This document shows, piece by piece, positions 1 to 9,650 of a DNA stretch of 64,000 nt. The notes below the pieces were generated by a model, which saw nothing but the letters and a program-made list of their open reading frames with translations, ran no database searches and was not told where the DNA came from. A program made the position numbers and the translations under genes. Where the stretch lies: the sequence record PP681140.1; one strand, given 5' to 3'. The DNA is from Enterobacter phage EC152. Positions within the stretch are counted from its first letter, which is position 1; each line of letters starts with the position of its first letter.

Positions 1-195
1 GTTTACTCCTCAGTTATGCTACGTGGTCCGGTAGAGGGTTCTAACGAACTTGCTGACCAAATCAAGCTAATGAATTCCCGTGGAGAAATGGTGTGGTTCA
101 CCGTGATCAAGTCTGATGCTTATCAGACCACAGGTGTTGCACGTTTCCGAGCTTACGTAGTGTCTGTTCCTGAAGGGACAAACGGAGGAGTTTAA
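1..195 (+). CDS. 3' end of an upstream structural gene (partial, runs off window start)
   Basis: frame open from nt 1 to TAA at 193-195; stop overlaps next start (TAATG). Confidence 0.45.
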   Translation, partial: VYSSVMLRGPVEGSNELADQIKLMNSRGEMVWFTVIKSDAYQTTGVARFRAYVVSVPEGTNGGV

Positions 196-725
196 TGGCA
201 GATTTCACCAATTCAGATGAGATCTTTGATGCCCTGACAAAGACAGTCGGCTCCTTCTGTAAAGAGACCACAGGCCGAAAAGTAGTTCTTGCAGGTGAAG
301 ATGAGATCCCTAAAGTAGATGGTGAATTCATTCTTGTAGACCTTACAGCAGTTGACCAGATTGACTGGCAGGCTGATGAAGGTTTGGATGTTAACGGTAA
401 TGCAACGACTATTCACAACTATGAGGTTGTGTATACGCTCACAGCATATCGTGGAAAAGCTCCAAGCGCTCTCAGCAGGGTTTTACAGGCGATGAACTTA
501 CCATTCATTTACGATAAATATTTTCCGACCAATTCTCCTTTTGCATACTCATCCTCTTCAACGATTTCTCGTCTGAGAGTGCCTCTGAATGTGCAGAAGT
601 TCGAAAACCGTGCTGTGGTGCTTATTACGTTCAACGTATGCTTCATCGAAACAGACACTGGAGCTTTCGAGGACCTGGAGAAGATCAACGCTCAAATCGT
701 TTATCACTTCCCGGCTCAAGACTAA
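195..725 (+). CDS. hypothetical tail/neck-associated protein preceding sheath gene
   Basis: 176-aa ORF, GGAGG SD 5 nt upstream of ATG; position directly upstream of sheath/tube genes. Confidence 0.6.
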   Translation: MADFTNSDEIFDALTKTVGSFCKETTGRKVVLAGEDEIPKVDGEFILVDLTAVDQIDWQADEGLDVNGNATTIHNYEVVYTLTAYRGKAPSALSRVLQAMNLPFIYDKYFPTNSPFAYSSSSTISRLRVPLNVQKFENRAVVLITFNVCFIETDTGAFEDLEKINAQIVYHFPAQD

Positions 726-775
726 AGAAAACCACTCGGTTATTGATAAGCATTCGCTTATTAGTGATCGTATAA

Positions 776-791
776 GAGGGCTTCGGCCCTC
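776..791 (+). repeat. UUCG-tetraloop GC hairpin (GAGGGC-TTCG-GCCCTC) in 5' leader of sheath gene, no U-tract
   Basis: member of a recurrent GGGC-TTCG-GCCC hairpin family seen at 6023, 15267, 33236 (minus strand). Confidence 0.5.
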
Positions 792-855
792 ATAATACAG
801 CACAAAGAGGTGCTGGTCAATAACTGTATGTACAGAAATAAAGAAGAGGAAACCG

Positions 856-2268
856 ATGGCTTATAATGATAAGGTGGTTGACGTTACGGTCACGCTTGGT
901 ACTCAACCAATCGACACCAAAGGGTTTGAAACCCCGCTGTTCCTGGCTATCCACAACGTCTTCCCTGAACGTTTTCGCGCGTATACCGAACTCGATCAGT
1001 TAGTAGATGATGGATTCGCTCCAGGTTCCCCAGCTTATGTCTTCGCAACAAAAGCATTCGCTGGTACATTCCGTCCTCAGTACCTGATGGTTGGTCGTCA
1101 AGGCTTCACTAATACCATCGTGGACTTCACTGGACAGGTCAATACCGACCCTGAAGCGCCTGTAGCCCTGAACGTAGTTTCCGGTGCTTATCAGACTAGC
1201 GCTATCGTGGCGGTAACTGGTGCATCTACCCCAACCAGTATTGCTACCGCTCTGGCAGCATCTCTGAATGGTGATGCAACACTGACCACTGTTTTAACTG
1301 CAACTGCAAGCGCAGGTGTGGTAACAATCGCTCCTAAGAATGGTGGTGCATTCAGCGTCGGTCGCGACAGCGGGAACATGACTATCAGCAACACCTCAAG
1401 TGAAACTGTGTCATCTGTTCTTCCTCAGATCCTGACTGCAACTGAGAACTGGTACTTCCTGAGCACCGAGTCTCACACCAACGCATCCATCCTGGCTGCT
1501 GCTGCATTTGCTTCTGCGAACTACAAGCTGCATGTGTATGCGACTGCTGATGAACTGGTTAAAACTGCTGGTAGCAACTCTATTGCTAACCAACTGAAAG
1601 CTCTCCAGTACGATACTTCTATCGGTATGTATGATCCGCTTGCGGATAGCGCATTCTCTGAAGGCGGTATCATCGGTGCAATGGCTTCCAACGATCCTTC
1701 TTACGGTGACTCTATTCACCTGAAGACAATGGAAGGTGTAATTGCCCCTACCCTGAGCGCTACAGACCGTATGACCATTTGGGGACAAAACCTGAACTTC
1801 TACCGTATGATTAACGGTGTTGGTTCCTTCTACGAAGGCAAGTGTGCTTCTGGCAACTACGTAGACGTTGTTCGTTTCGGTCACTGGCTGAAGTTCCGCA
1901 CAGAAGAAAGCGTGTTTGGTTACATGTCTCGTCGTTCTAACATGGGTCTCTCCATGAAGATGAGTGATGACGATCTGCCAAACCTGAAGTCTGTGATGAT
2001 GAACAACCCAATCAACGTTGGTATCTCCAATGGTTCAATCCTAACAGGATACGATGACGTTAACAAGGTGTTCTACGATCCGGTAATCACAATTCCGCTT
2101 CGTGCATCCATCCCAACTAACGATCTGGCTGCTCGTACTCTGAACAACGTGAAAGTGGAACTTGTGTACAACACACCACTGCACTTCGTTAAGATCCGCA
2201 TGACCGTTCTGTTAGATAAAACAGGGTCTAGTTCCGGAAACGGTCAGACTGTAACAGCAGGAGTGTAA
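856..2268 (+). CDS. tail sheath protein (contractile tail)
   Basis: 470 aa; gene order sheath-tube-chaperone pair-tape measure typical of myoviruses; SD AGAGGA before ATG. Confidence 0.55.
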   Translation: MAYNDKVVDVTVTLGTQPIDTKGFETPLFLAIHNVFPERFRAYTELDQLVDDGFAPGSPAYVFATKAFAGTFRPQYLMVGRQGFTNTIVDFTGQVNTDPEAPVALNVVSGAYQTSAIVAVTGASTPTSIATALAASLNGDATLTTVLTATASAGVVTIAPKNGGAFSVGRDSGNMTISNTSSETVSSVLPQILTATENWYFLSTESHTNASILAAAAFASANYKLHVYATADELVKTAGSNSIANQLKALQYDTSIGMYDPLADSAFSEGGIIGAMASNDPSYGDSIHLKTMEGVIAPTLSATDRMTIWGQNLNFYRMINGVGSFYEGKCASGNYVDVVRFGHWLKFRTEESVFGYMSRRSNMGLSMKMSDDDLPNLKSVMMNNPINVGISNGSILTGYDDVNKVFYDPVITIPLRASIPTNDLAARTLNNVKVELVYNTPLHFVKIRMTVLLDKTGSSSGNGQTVTAGV

Positions 2269-2271
2269 TAA

Positions 2272-2745
2272 ATGAATACAGCTATCCTAACACCGTATGC
2301 TTACGACCCTAAAAAAGTCAAGCTATACCTGATGACTCAGCGTGTTACTGGATTTGCCGCAGATACCAAGATCGTCGTTGCTCGTAACGAAGATAACATC
2401 ATCCCCCACATGGGGGTTGATGGTGAGCTATCCGCTGCACTGTCTCGTAACCAATCTGGTGTTATGACAGTTTCTCTCCAGAACACCGCTTCTTGGAACG
2501 GAAACTTCGCAAACTGGCAGAAACAAGCCTCCATCACCGGGCTGATTTTCTTCCCTGTCCTTCTTGAAGGTTCTCAGGGTATGGGTCTCAGCACTATCGG
2601 TTGGATTCAGAAACAACCAGATCTGACCTACGGTACAGAAGTGGGCCAGATGGACTGGGAAATCGGTATCCTCGACGCTTGGTTAAGCCCAGATACTCTG
2701 TCTTCCGCAGGCTTCGGTCTTGCTGGTCTTGCAGGTATCGTATAA
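2272..2745 (+). CDS. tail tube protein
   Basis: 157 aa immediately after sheath gene, AGGAG SD; size and position. Confidence 0.55.
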   Translation: MNTAILTPYAYDPKKVKLYLMTQRVTGFAADTKIVVARNEDNIIPHMGVDGELSAALSRNQSGVMTVSLQNTASWNGNFANWQKQASITGLIFFPVLLEGSQGMGLSTIGWIQKQPDLTYGTEVGQMDWEIGILDAWLSPDTLSSAGFGLAGLAGIV

Positions 2746-2820
2746 GTGTTTCGTGTGCCACATGGACGTGGCCTTTCACACACGTAAGGATCTCTCAATC
2801 TCAAAGACGCAGGAGCGTAC

Positions 2821-3294
2821 ATGAATATCAGACCAACAACTGAAATCGACCTCGCAGGTCACAACTTTGTTATCACGCACTGGTCTCCTTCCAAGGTTAT
2901 GAAAAACCTTCCGAAGATCGGTCGTTATGTAGCAGTCCCTATGGCAACCATCTCTGGTTCCATGATGACTGGAGGCCAGAACCTTTCTGACGCTCTCCCA
3001 ACTGCTATTCTATACCTCTTTGAACAGATGGAGCAAGATGATATCGAAAAACTTTTCGCATTGATTCTTGAGGATGTATCCGTTGATGGTATGGCGGGTA
3101 AAGTAGATATTGACGCTCTGTTCCAAGACAAAATGTTAGACCTCATTAAGCTTGTTGCTAAAGTTCTGGAGATCAACTACGGCTGTTTTTTCACGAAAGA
3201 CGGTTTCGCAGACCTTCAGGGACTTCTGGGACGCCTGGGACAGACCCATCAAGTGAATACGGTGGATCAGGCGACGGAAGTGGCAGCGGAGTAA
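2821..3294 (+). CDS. tail assembly chaperone (gpG-like)
   Basis: 157 aa ORF between tube and tape measure; contains TTTTTTC slippery site near its 3' third; AGGAG SD. Confidence 0.6.
   Translation: MNIRPTTEIDLAGHNFVITHWSPSKVMKNLPKIGRYVAVPMATISGSMMTGGQNLSDALPTAILYLFEQMEQDDIEKLFALILEDVSVDGMAGKVDIDALFQDKMLDLIKLVAKVLEINYGCFFTKDGFADLQGLLGRLGQTHQVNTVDQATEVAAE
3186..3192 (+). other. programmed -1 ribosomal frameshift slippery heptamer T_TTT_TTC
   Basis: zero-frame codons TTT(3187-89) TTC(3190-92); the -1 frame is open from 3162 to 3572. Confidence 0.5.
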
Positions 3295-3572
3295 CACCGT
3301 CCAAAATTTCGAAAGTCGTCCTGAGAGCTATGGATTATGCAAAGAAAAATAGCTCACTGACTTGGTTCGATTACTTGTGGTGTCGTGCTCTGAAAAGTTT
3401 CAAAGGGGAATCTTATATGTCCCTTGAACATGCGGATATGGCCTATCTGCTCAGGCTGAATGAATTTCTTGATGTGGAAGAGTTTGTCAACGATGTCCAC
3501 GAGAGAGAGGAAGATAGTAAAGCAAAAGCTGCTCAAGCCGCTAGCAAGCCGCGCCGTGGTAGAAGAGGTTAA
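3186..3572 (+). CDS. C-terminal extension of chaperone GT fusion protein reached by -1 frameshift (product about 2821..3191 joined to 3192..3572)
   Basis: -1 frame relative to 2821..3294 has no stop from 3162 to TAA 3570-3572; the ORF-track entry 3330..3572 is the distal part of this frame. Confidence 0.5.
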   Translation, partial: FFHERRFRRPSGTSGTPGTDPSSEYGGSGDGSGSGVTPSKISKVVLRAMDYAKKNSSLTWFDYLWCRALKSFKGESYMSLEHADMAYLLRLNEFLDVEEFVNDVHEREEDSKAKAAQAASKPRRGRRG

Positions 3573-3577
3573 TCTCA

Positions 3578-3611
3578 AGCCGGGTTCCTTTTCGGGAACC
3601 TGGCTTTTTTA
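3578..3611 (+). terminator. rho-independent terminator (AGCCGGGTTCC-loop-GGGAACCTGGCT + TTTTTT)
   Basis: GC stem-loop followed by 6 T directly after chaperone ORF. Confidence 0.6.
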
Positions 3612-3625
3612 TTGAGAGGAAATCA

Positions 3626-6016
3626 ATGGCGAACATTATCGTAACCCAGACAGTCAACAAAGTCACATGGGACGTGGACAAGACCTCTTTTGGTCGTGCC
3701 ATGAAAGCTGTGAAGTCTTTGAAGACAGAATGGGAAAAAGCTGGTAAAGCATTCTCTGCCAGCAAGTCAGACCCCGCAGCAGCACTAAAGCGTTCAGCAA
3801 TGCAAGCTCGCCTTGTCAACAAAAGACTGCAACAGACTGAACGTGCTGAACAAGCAAAGACTACGGCCCACAACATCGCTATGGCGAAGAAAGAGGCTCG
3901 TGCTCGTGAAGCAATTGACAAGATCCAGAGAGCACGTAGAAAGCAAGCTGTGTCTCAACTTACCGCAAGACGTTCACCAGAGTCTCAAGCTGATTATAAT
4001 GGACTAAAATCCCGTCTGCGTGAAATGGAAAAAACGGGTGGCGGTTACGGGACTAACCCTGCAATTTCTGCTGCACGTCAAGCAGCCCTGCAAGAAGAAC
4101 TGGCGCGTCGTTCCAAGTCTGGAAATGCTTCAGGAATGGTTGGTAATTCAACGATGTCAGATCCTTCTGTAATTGCTCGTCAGAACAGAGCGATGCAGCA
4201 GAGCGTACAACGTGAGCAAGCCAAGGCCTCTAAAGAGCAGATCCGTGCTCGTGAACAAGCCCGTAAGAAACAAGAAGCGGAAGACCTTCGTTATTCTCGT
4301 TATCTGGCTGGGAAAGAATCCACTGTAGCTAACGCTGCTGTACGTCTTCGTGCTAAGTACGGCGATAACTACGCAAGCAAGCTGAAGGGGTACGATTCCA
4401 TGAAGGAACGTTTCCTTGACAGTAACACCATGAAGTCTTCTAACTTCCGTGCTGAACTGGCTGCTATGGAAACCGGGCTTCGCAAAGCAAACATGAACAC
4501 CCTATCCCTGACAGATGGGCTGAAGAACCTGCGTAGCACACTGATCAGCGTAACCGCTGCTTACGGAGCATTCAATGCTGCGGCGAGTGTTGTGAAAACA
4601 GGTCAGTTCTTCCAGGGTATGGAAGCTACAATGCTGATGGTCTCCGATGACTCCGCAGAGGCAGGTAAGCGTCTGAAATTTGTTCGTGATCAATCCTACC
4701 GTTTAGGTCTTGACCTCAAGGTAGCTGCACAGGGTTACACCCAAATGGCTATCGCTGCTAACGGTGTACTGACTAAATCACAGAACGATGAACTTTTCAA
4801 GGCATTTTCTGAATACTCCACAGCCCTTCAGGTTGACCCGGTTAAATACCAACGTGGTATCACGGCGATCCAACAGATGATGGGTAAAGGTCAGATCATG
4901 GCTGAAGAACTGAAGCAACAGCTTGCCGAAGGTATCCCTGGTTCTTTACAGGTGTTCATTAAGGCATCTCAGGAAGCTTTCAATGACTCAACCATCGACG
5001 TTACCAAGATGCTGGACATGATGCAGAAAGGTGAACTGAAAGCTGCTAAAGTCCTTCCTTTTGTAGCTAAGTATTACTCTGAAGCCGCAAACAAGGGTGG
5101 TGCTCTTCAGAAAGCCCTGCAAGGTAACCGTGTTGCAATGCAGCGTCTGACATTAACATGGATGGACTTCCAGAACAAGATCTTCCAGAGCGGGTTTGGG
5201 GAATCTCTGACAAGTGCGTTTAACGAACTTGCAAAAATCCTTGACTCAAACGGGCCTCTGGCTCAGAATCTGGGACAATTCTTTGCTGGATTCACCGATG
5301 GTTTCATGGAGATGGTGTACACTGTATACAACACATTCGTCCTGATCCAGGGTATCATGGAGCGCTACATCCCGATCTTCCGCAAGAACGGTGAAGAGCT
5401 TTCCTCTGCTTGGAAATGGGTTGGTTGGGGAGTTGGTGCTCTATTCTTCGCTTCAGCACTTATCCGAGTATTTAACATCCTTGCCAAAATCGCAGGTCTC
5501 TCTGGGGCATTAAGTTTCCTGAAGACTATCTTTGGAGGCCCTGATGATGAAGGTGGCGGTGGAGATGGCAAGAACAAGAAGGGGAAAGGCCCCCGTTTCA
5601 GTAAGCTTGGTAAGGCCGCTCGTTGGTTAGGTCTCTACGGACTTATTGCCGGGGAAAGTATGATTGCTGGAGACTATGTGTTTGACAAAGCACAGGACTA
5701 CAGTGACTCTACTTACGGAACTGAAACGACAGCAGGAGGCAACCTGAAGAAAAACTCCTGGATGGGCCAAACTTGGGACTTCATCACCGGACAGAGATCA
5801 ATGACTGACCAGCGCAGACTTGATTATCTGAACCAGAATGGTATGGTTCCTGGACCAGCAGGGGCAGCAACTCCTCCGATGGTCATTCCGACTGAACCTG
5901 TTAGCGGTGAGATTACGATCAAAATCGACGCAGGCGAAATGAAGAACATGATTGACCAGCAGATTGAAGCTGCAAACATGGGTAACATCAACCTAATCCT
6001 TGGTGTTCCTCAATAA
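3626..6016 (+). CDS. tail tape measure protein
   Basis: 796 aa, Ala/Gln/Lys/Arg-rich helical N-half, Gly-rich hydrophobic segment; follows G/GT chaperones; GAGAGGA SD. Confidence 0.8.
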   Translation: MANIIVTQTVNKVTWDVDKTSFGRAMKAVKSLKTEWEKAGKAFSASKSDPAAALKRSAMQARLVNKRLQQTERAEQAKTTAHNIAMAKKEARAREAIDKIQRARRKQAVSQLTARRSPESQADYNGLKSRLREMEKTGGGYGTNPAISAARQAALQEELARRSKSGNASGMVGNSTMSDPSVIARQNRAMQQSVQREQAKASKEQIRAREQARKKQEAEDLRYSRYLAGKESTVANAAVRLRAKYGDNYASKLKGYDSMKERFLDSNTMKSSNFRAELAAMETGLRKANMNTLSLTDGLKNLRSTLISVTAAYGAFNAAASVVKTGQFFQGMEATMLMVSDDSAEAGKRLKFVRDQSYRLGLDLKVAAQGYTQMAIAANGVLTKSQNDELFKAFSEYSTALQVDPVKYQRGITAIQQMMGKGQIMAEELKQQLAEGIPGSLQVFIKASQEAFNDSTIDVTKMLDMMQKGELKAAKVLPFVAKYYSEAANKGGALQKALQGNRVAMQRLTLTWMDFQNKIFQSGFGESLTSAFNELAKILDSNGPLAQNLGQFFAGFTDGFMEMVYTVYNTFVLIQGIMERYIPIFRKNGEELSSAWKWVGWGVGALFFASALIRVFNILAKIAGLSGALSFLKTIFGGPDDEGGGGDGKNKKGKGPRFSKLGKAARWLGLYGLIAGESMIAGDYVFDKAQDYSDSTYGTETTAGGNLKKNSWMGQTWDFITGQRSMTDQRRLDYLNQNGMVPGPAGAATPPMVIPTEPVSGEITIKIDAGEMKNMIDQQIEAANMGNINLILGVPQ

Positions 6017-6020
6017 TTTA

Positions 6021-6046
6021 AAGGGGCTTCGGCCCCTTTTTTATTG
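6021..6046 (+). terminator. rho-independent terminator with UUCG tetraloop (AAGGGGC-TTCG-GCCCCTT + T-tract)
   Basis: perfect GC stem, TTCG loop, TTTTTTATT. Confidence 0.7.
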
Positions 6047-6062
6047 TTTTATCTCAAGATTT

Positions 6063-6080
6063 ATGATAAAATCGTAACAT
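6063..6080 (+). promoter_or_regulatory. conserved 18-mer ATGATAAAATCGTAACAT, candidate phage late promoter element (second copy at 15317)
   Basis: 16/18 identity with 15317..15334; both lie 17-27 nt after a UUCG terminator and 18-35 nt before a structural gene start. Confidence 0.3.
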
Positions 6081-6097
6081 GTATAATGGGAGGACTC

Positions 6098-6970
6098 ATG
6101 GCATTTGTATCCAACAACCAGTCCAAACCGCAACAGGGCAAGGCCACGGCTAACGTCGAGAAAAAGGTCAGTACAGCCCAGGAAGCCAGCGGTGAGGTGC
6201 AATATACGCTCTTCGCCAGTGGTCTTAACTACGGCGGTAGAAACGTAGAACTAAAGGACAAAAACTACACCAACGACCTCGCGATCATTTTCGACGTTGT
6301 TGAACAACACTCTTACACACGCACAGTTGATAAGACATCGTATGCTGTTGAAGAAAAGGTAAAATTCAGTGACCACGGTGTTATTGAGGATGGTAAATTC
6401 TCTTTCAGTGCCAGAGTCAACTCATCCCCTGTTTACCTGATCGAAAACAACTACCTCGACAAAGACACTGACGATCAAAACCCGGTTGCATCTCGTCGTC
6501 CAGAGAAGGCTCTGGAGATCCTTGAGAGGCTGATCACTGACCGCCAGATTGTCACCCTTGTCACCGAAGATAAGATCATTGAGAACTATATCCTTACCTC
6601 GATGGAAGCCGCTCGTAGCAACTCTGATGGTGCTGCTCTGGTGTTCCAGCTTGAATTTACGGAGTTCCGTACATTCACCCTTGGTAAGACAGCCCTTGCA
6701 ACAGTGTACTCCGACCCTAAAAAGTCAGGTGGTAAGACCAAGCAGAAGGGTTCTCAACAATCTTCAGCAACAGACAACGAAGTTGAAGTAACAGCCCGAC
6801 GCACTAAATTTGCAGGCCCAAACAAAGATGGCTGGCAAAGGATTGCTGAAGCTATGGACTCAGGCAACTTCACCAAGCAAGACCAGGTTATCGGCACACT
6901 TACCCCAGATGGTAAAATTCGTGGTGCTGACGGGTCTATCATGGACTACAACAAAGCAGTGGGGAAATAA
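6098..6970 (+). CDS. tail/baseplate assembly protein (position of Mu gpN-like DNA-circulation protein); start moved from 6044 to ATG 6098
   Basis: GGGAGG SD 5 nt before ATG 6098; the upstream part of the track ORF overlaps the terminator. Confidence 0.5.
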   Translation: MAFVSNNQSKPQQGKATANVEKKVSTAQEASGEVQYTLFASGLNYGGRNVELKDKNYTNDLAIIFDVVEQHSYTRTVDKTSYAVEEKVKFSDHGVIEDGKFSFSARVNSSPVYLIENNYLDKDTDDQNPVASRRPEKALEILERLITDRQIVTLVTEDKIIENYILTSMEAARSNSDGAALVFQLEFTEFRTFTLGKTALATVYSDPKKSGGKTKQKGSQQSSATDNEVEVTARRTKFAGPNKDGWQRIAEAMDSGNFTKQDQVIGTLTPDGKIRGADGSIMDYNKAVGK

Positions 6971-7320
6971 TGTCAGCTATTACTTTCTCATGGGACATTG
7001 ACGGGTTCGCTGACCAGACCATGCGTGTGGTTCTGGACAGTCAGACCTATGAAATGCGCTTCCAATGGAACGAGCGAGATGAGTCTTGGCTAGTTTCCTT
7101 TGGTGATGTTGGTCAAACGCCAACAATCTCTTTTAAACTTACAACAATTTTCGACATCTTTGCCCCTTTCAAATATCTGGAGAATATCCCGTCCGGGCAA
7201 CTGCGTGTCTTTTCTTTTACACAGTCAACCAAACGCGTTGGTAGATACAATATCGGATTCCTGTCTGACTTGCAACTCCTTTATTCATCTCCTGACGAAG
7301 AGTTAACTGGCGAGGAGTAA
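6970..7320 (+). CDS. small tail/baseplate protein
   Basis: 116 aa, TAATG coupling to previous gene. Confidence 0.5.
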   Translation: MSAITFSWDIDGFADQTMRVVLDSQTYEMRFQWNERDESWLVSFGDVGQTPTISFKLTTIFDIFAPFKYLENIPSGQLRVFSFTQSTKRVGRYNIGFLSDLQLLYSSPDEELTGEE

Positions 7321-7322
7321 TC

Positions 7323-8312
7323 ATGCCTTCTTACAGAACACGAACATTCAAACTCACAATCGGCAAGCCCGTGTATATCGGGCAAAAGCCGACTAACATC
7401 TCTGACTACACCAACCAAAACACGAAAGATGCGTATGTCGTCAGTAATGAAACTGGCGCTGCAAACATCGAGTTTGAGGTGAAGAAAGATAACTCAAAAG
7501 ACCCTAACAAGGGGTATGTTACCCTTTACAACCTGTCTGATGAAACAGTAAGTTATCTCGATGCTAACCAGCGTGAGTCAATTGCTATTGTTCTGGAGGC
7601 AGGTTTCGATGGGGAAAACCAGACAATCTTTTCCGGAACAGTTGAATTTGTTCAGGATAAATGGGATGGACATACTCGTCAGACGAAGATGATCCTTGGT
7701 GATGCAACAACTAACATCATGACGGCTAAGACTGCGAGATCTTACAAGAAAGGTACACCTATGGACACGGTGCTTAACGATCTTGTTTCCGACTTGAAAC
7801 TCCCTATTGGTAAGGTGGTTAAGTTCGGTAATCAAACTCTCCAGCAGTCGATGGCCTTTACCGGAAACGCTGCAAACAACCTTGAACGCCTAGCAAAGAA
7901 CACGGGTTCTACTTTTAGTGTTCAAGATGGTGCTGTGTATTGGACCACACAGGGTAAGCGTTTCCGTAATGCTGTTTTTGAAATCAGTGCGGAATCCGGG
8001 ATGCACGACTCACCAACCCCACAAAACCCGGAACCAGCAAAACGCCGCCTTGAGAAAAAGAAGAAGTCTAAGAGCAAGCCAAAGACCAGCAAGGGTCCTA
8101 GCCGTGCTGAGATCAAGGAAGACGCTGGGCTTGTTGTAGTAACAGAACTGAACGGTGCGATCATTCCTGAAAGCACGATTTATTTAAAAAGCCAGAAGTA
8201 CACAGGCTTCTACAAGGTAGTTTATCTCACCCATAAAGGTCAGCTTGAAGGTGGCGATTGGGTGTCTGAAATAGGCCTTGCTGAAACCCGTGGTGGTATT
8301 GTGGAGGAATAA
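7323..8312 (+). CDS. baseplate hub protein (P2 gpD / Mu gpP-like by size and order)
   Basis: 329 aa preceding spike gene; Lys-rich internal linker. Confidence 0.4.
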   Translation: MPSYRTRTFKLTIGKPVYIGQKPTNISDYTNQNTKDAYVVSNETGAANIEFEVKKDNSKDPNKGYVTLYNLSDETVSYLDANQRESIAIVLEAGFDGENQTIFSGTVEFVQDKWDGHTRQTKMILGDATTNIMTAKTARSYKKGTPMDTVLNDLVSDLKLPIGKVVKFGNQTLQQSMAFTGNAANNLERLAKNTGSTFSVQDGAVYWTTQGKRFRNAVFEISAESGMHDSPTPQNPEPAKRRLEKKKKSKSKPKTSKGPSRAEIKEDAGLVVVTELNGAIIPESTIYLKSQKYTGFYKVVYLTHKGQLEGGDWVSEIGLAETRGGIVEE

Positions 8313-9013
8313 TGGCTTCAATTCAACGTATGGATGCTGCACTAAACCAATGGTTTGCTCGTCAAGCTCGTGATATCCACACAGGCTTGAGGGCCAGGGT
8401 TGTGGATGTGGATTATAGTGTACCATCAGCAACCGTACAACCACTGGCCTCAACTAACTTCGATGATGGCACCGTAGACGCTTATCCTGCTGTTTTTGAT
8501 GTTCCCCTGTCCATGCCTTCGGCTAACGGGGGAAAAGCTCGCCTGACGCTTCCTGTGAAGCCTGGTGACGTTGTAGGGCTATCATTCTCTGAACGCAATG
8601 AGGGTGATGCAAACGACACGACAACTCACGGACTTTTCCCCGGCTGGTCAATCATTGGCGTACACAGCGATGGTAATGCAATGACCATTCACCCGGACAA
8701 TGTGGAGTTATGGAACGACACTGTTCATTTCTCAATGACTCCGGATGGGGACTTTACTTTAACAGGTCCTCAAGGGACTTTCAAGGTAGATAAGTCTGGT
8801 CAAATGCAATTCACAAATGGTGCTGCAACCTTGACAGCAAAGACCGATGGTAATATCGAAATGAATGGTGCAAAGATCACCCCTGACGGGAACTTAATCA
8901 CCGCCCGTGGCGTTAACATGAATGATTTCTATGATTACTTCATGCGACACACCCACCACTACACATGGACGGACGGCTCTGGTCAGAGTGATACTGCCCG
9001 ACCTAACGCATAA
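8312..9013 (+). CDS. baseplate central spike protein (gpV-like) with C-terminal HxH tip motif
   Basis: 233 aa; C-terminus RHTHHYTW resembles metal-binding HxH apex of P2 gpV / phi92 gp138 spikes; ATGA/TAATG coupling. Confidence 0.45.
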   Translation: MASIQRMDAALNQWFARQARDIHTGLRARVVDVDYSVPSATVQPLASTNFDDGTVDAYPAVFDVPLSMPSANGGKARLTLPVKPGDVVGLSFSERNEGDANDTTTHGLFPGWSIIGVHSDGNAMTIHPDNVELWNDTVHFSMTPDGDFTLTGPQGTFKVDKSGQMQFTNGAATLTAKTDGNIEMNGAKITPDGNLITARGVNMNDFYDYFMRHTHHYTWTDGSGQSDTARPNA

Positions 9014-9022
9014 GGGGAATAA

Positions 9023-9640
9023 ATGGCAACTCTTTATTCTGACCTTCTAATGGACCCGGTTACTGGAGACCTTGATGTCTCCACGGGTCTTCAGATCATT
9101 GAGTCCAACCAGACAAGCCTCCGTCAAAGACTGTGGCTTCGCTTCAATATCTGGGCTGGAAACTGGTATTTCGATGAGACCTTTGGTTTCCCATACCGAA
9201 CATATCTGAGCAAGAAGGTAATGAAAACTGTCCTTGACAACAAGATCAAGGAAGTAACTCGTCTTGAGCCTGACGTGCTTGAGATCACCTCGTTCCACTC
9301 TTCAATGGATCGAACCACACGTAGCTACCAGGCCTTCTTCGAAGTAACAACTAAAGAACAAGAGGTTGTAAGACTTGCTTTCGTGGGTCAGGATGAGTAT
9401 TATTACCCAATCCCTGATGAAGGTGCAACGGTTCTGTGTGATGACGATGGTTGGATTACGTGGGCTAACAAGCTTTACTACCTGATCAACTTCCGTCTGC
9501 CTCGCACTGGCGATGCTACATGGTGGAACACCTGGGCTGGTACTGATATTGATAACCCAATTCCAGTCGGTAGCCTGATGGATGACAAGAACAACGTCAT
9601 CACCACTGAAGATGGCAAGTCCATTAACCGTAACCACTAA
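9023..9640 (+). CDS. baseplate wedge protein (gpW/gp25-like by position)
   Basis: 205 aa after spike gene. Confidence 0.35.
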   Translation: MATLYSDLLMDPVTGDLDVSTGLQIIESNQTSLRQRLWLRFNIWAGNWYFDETFGFPYRTYLSKKVMKTVLDNKIKEVTRLEPDVLEITSFHSSMDRTTRSYQAFFEVTTKEQEVVRLAFVGQDEYYYPIPDEGATVLCDDDGWITWANKLYYLINFRLPRTGDATWWNTWAGTDIDNPIPVGSLMDDKNNVITTEDGKSINRNH

Positions 9641-9650
9641 GGGGTAAATA

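Noticed and set aside
1411-1884. Antisense ORFs inside long genes (for example 1411..1884-, 13856..14464-, 14567..15142-, 21147..21806-, 30965..31675+, 32929..33618+, 41160..41984+, 44503..45072+, 47314..48131+, 53147..53719+)
   Set aside because: They lie entirely within well-supported large genes on the opposite strand, have no SD and odd composition; typical spurious antisense frames
3330-3572. Independent 80-aa gene from ATG 3330
   Set aside because: Its frame is open for 55 codons upstream and is reached from 2821..3294 by a TTTTTTC -1 slip; better explained as the GT frameshift product
6082-6087. TATAAT hexamer as a sigma70 -10 for gene 6098
   Set aside because: Only 11 nt from the start codon, so the SD would be excluded from the transcript; no acceptable -35
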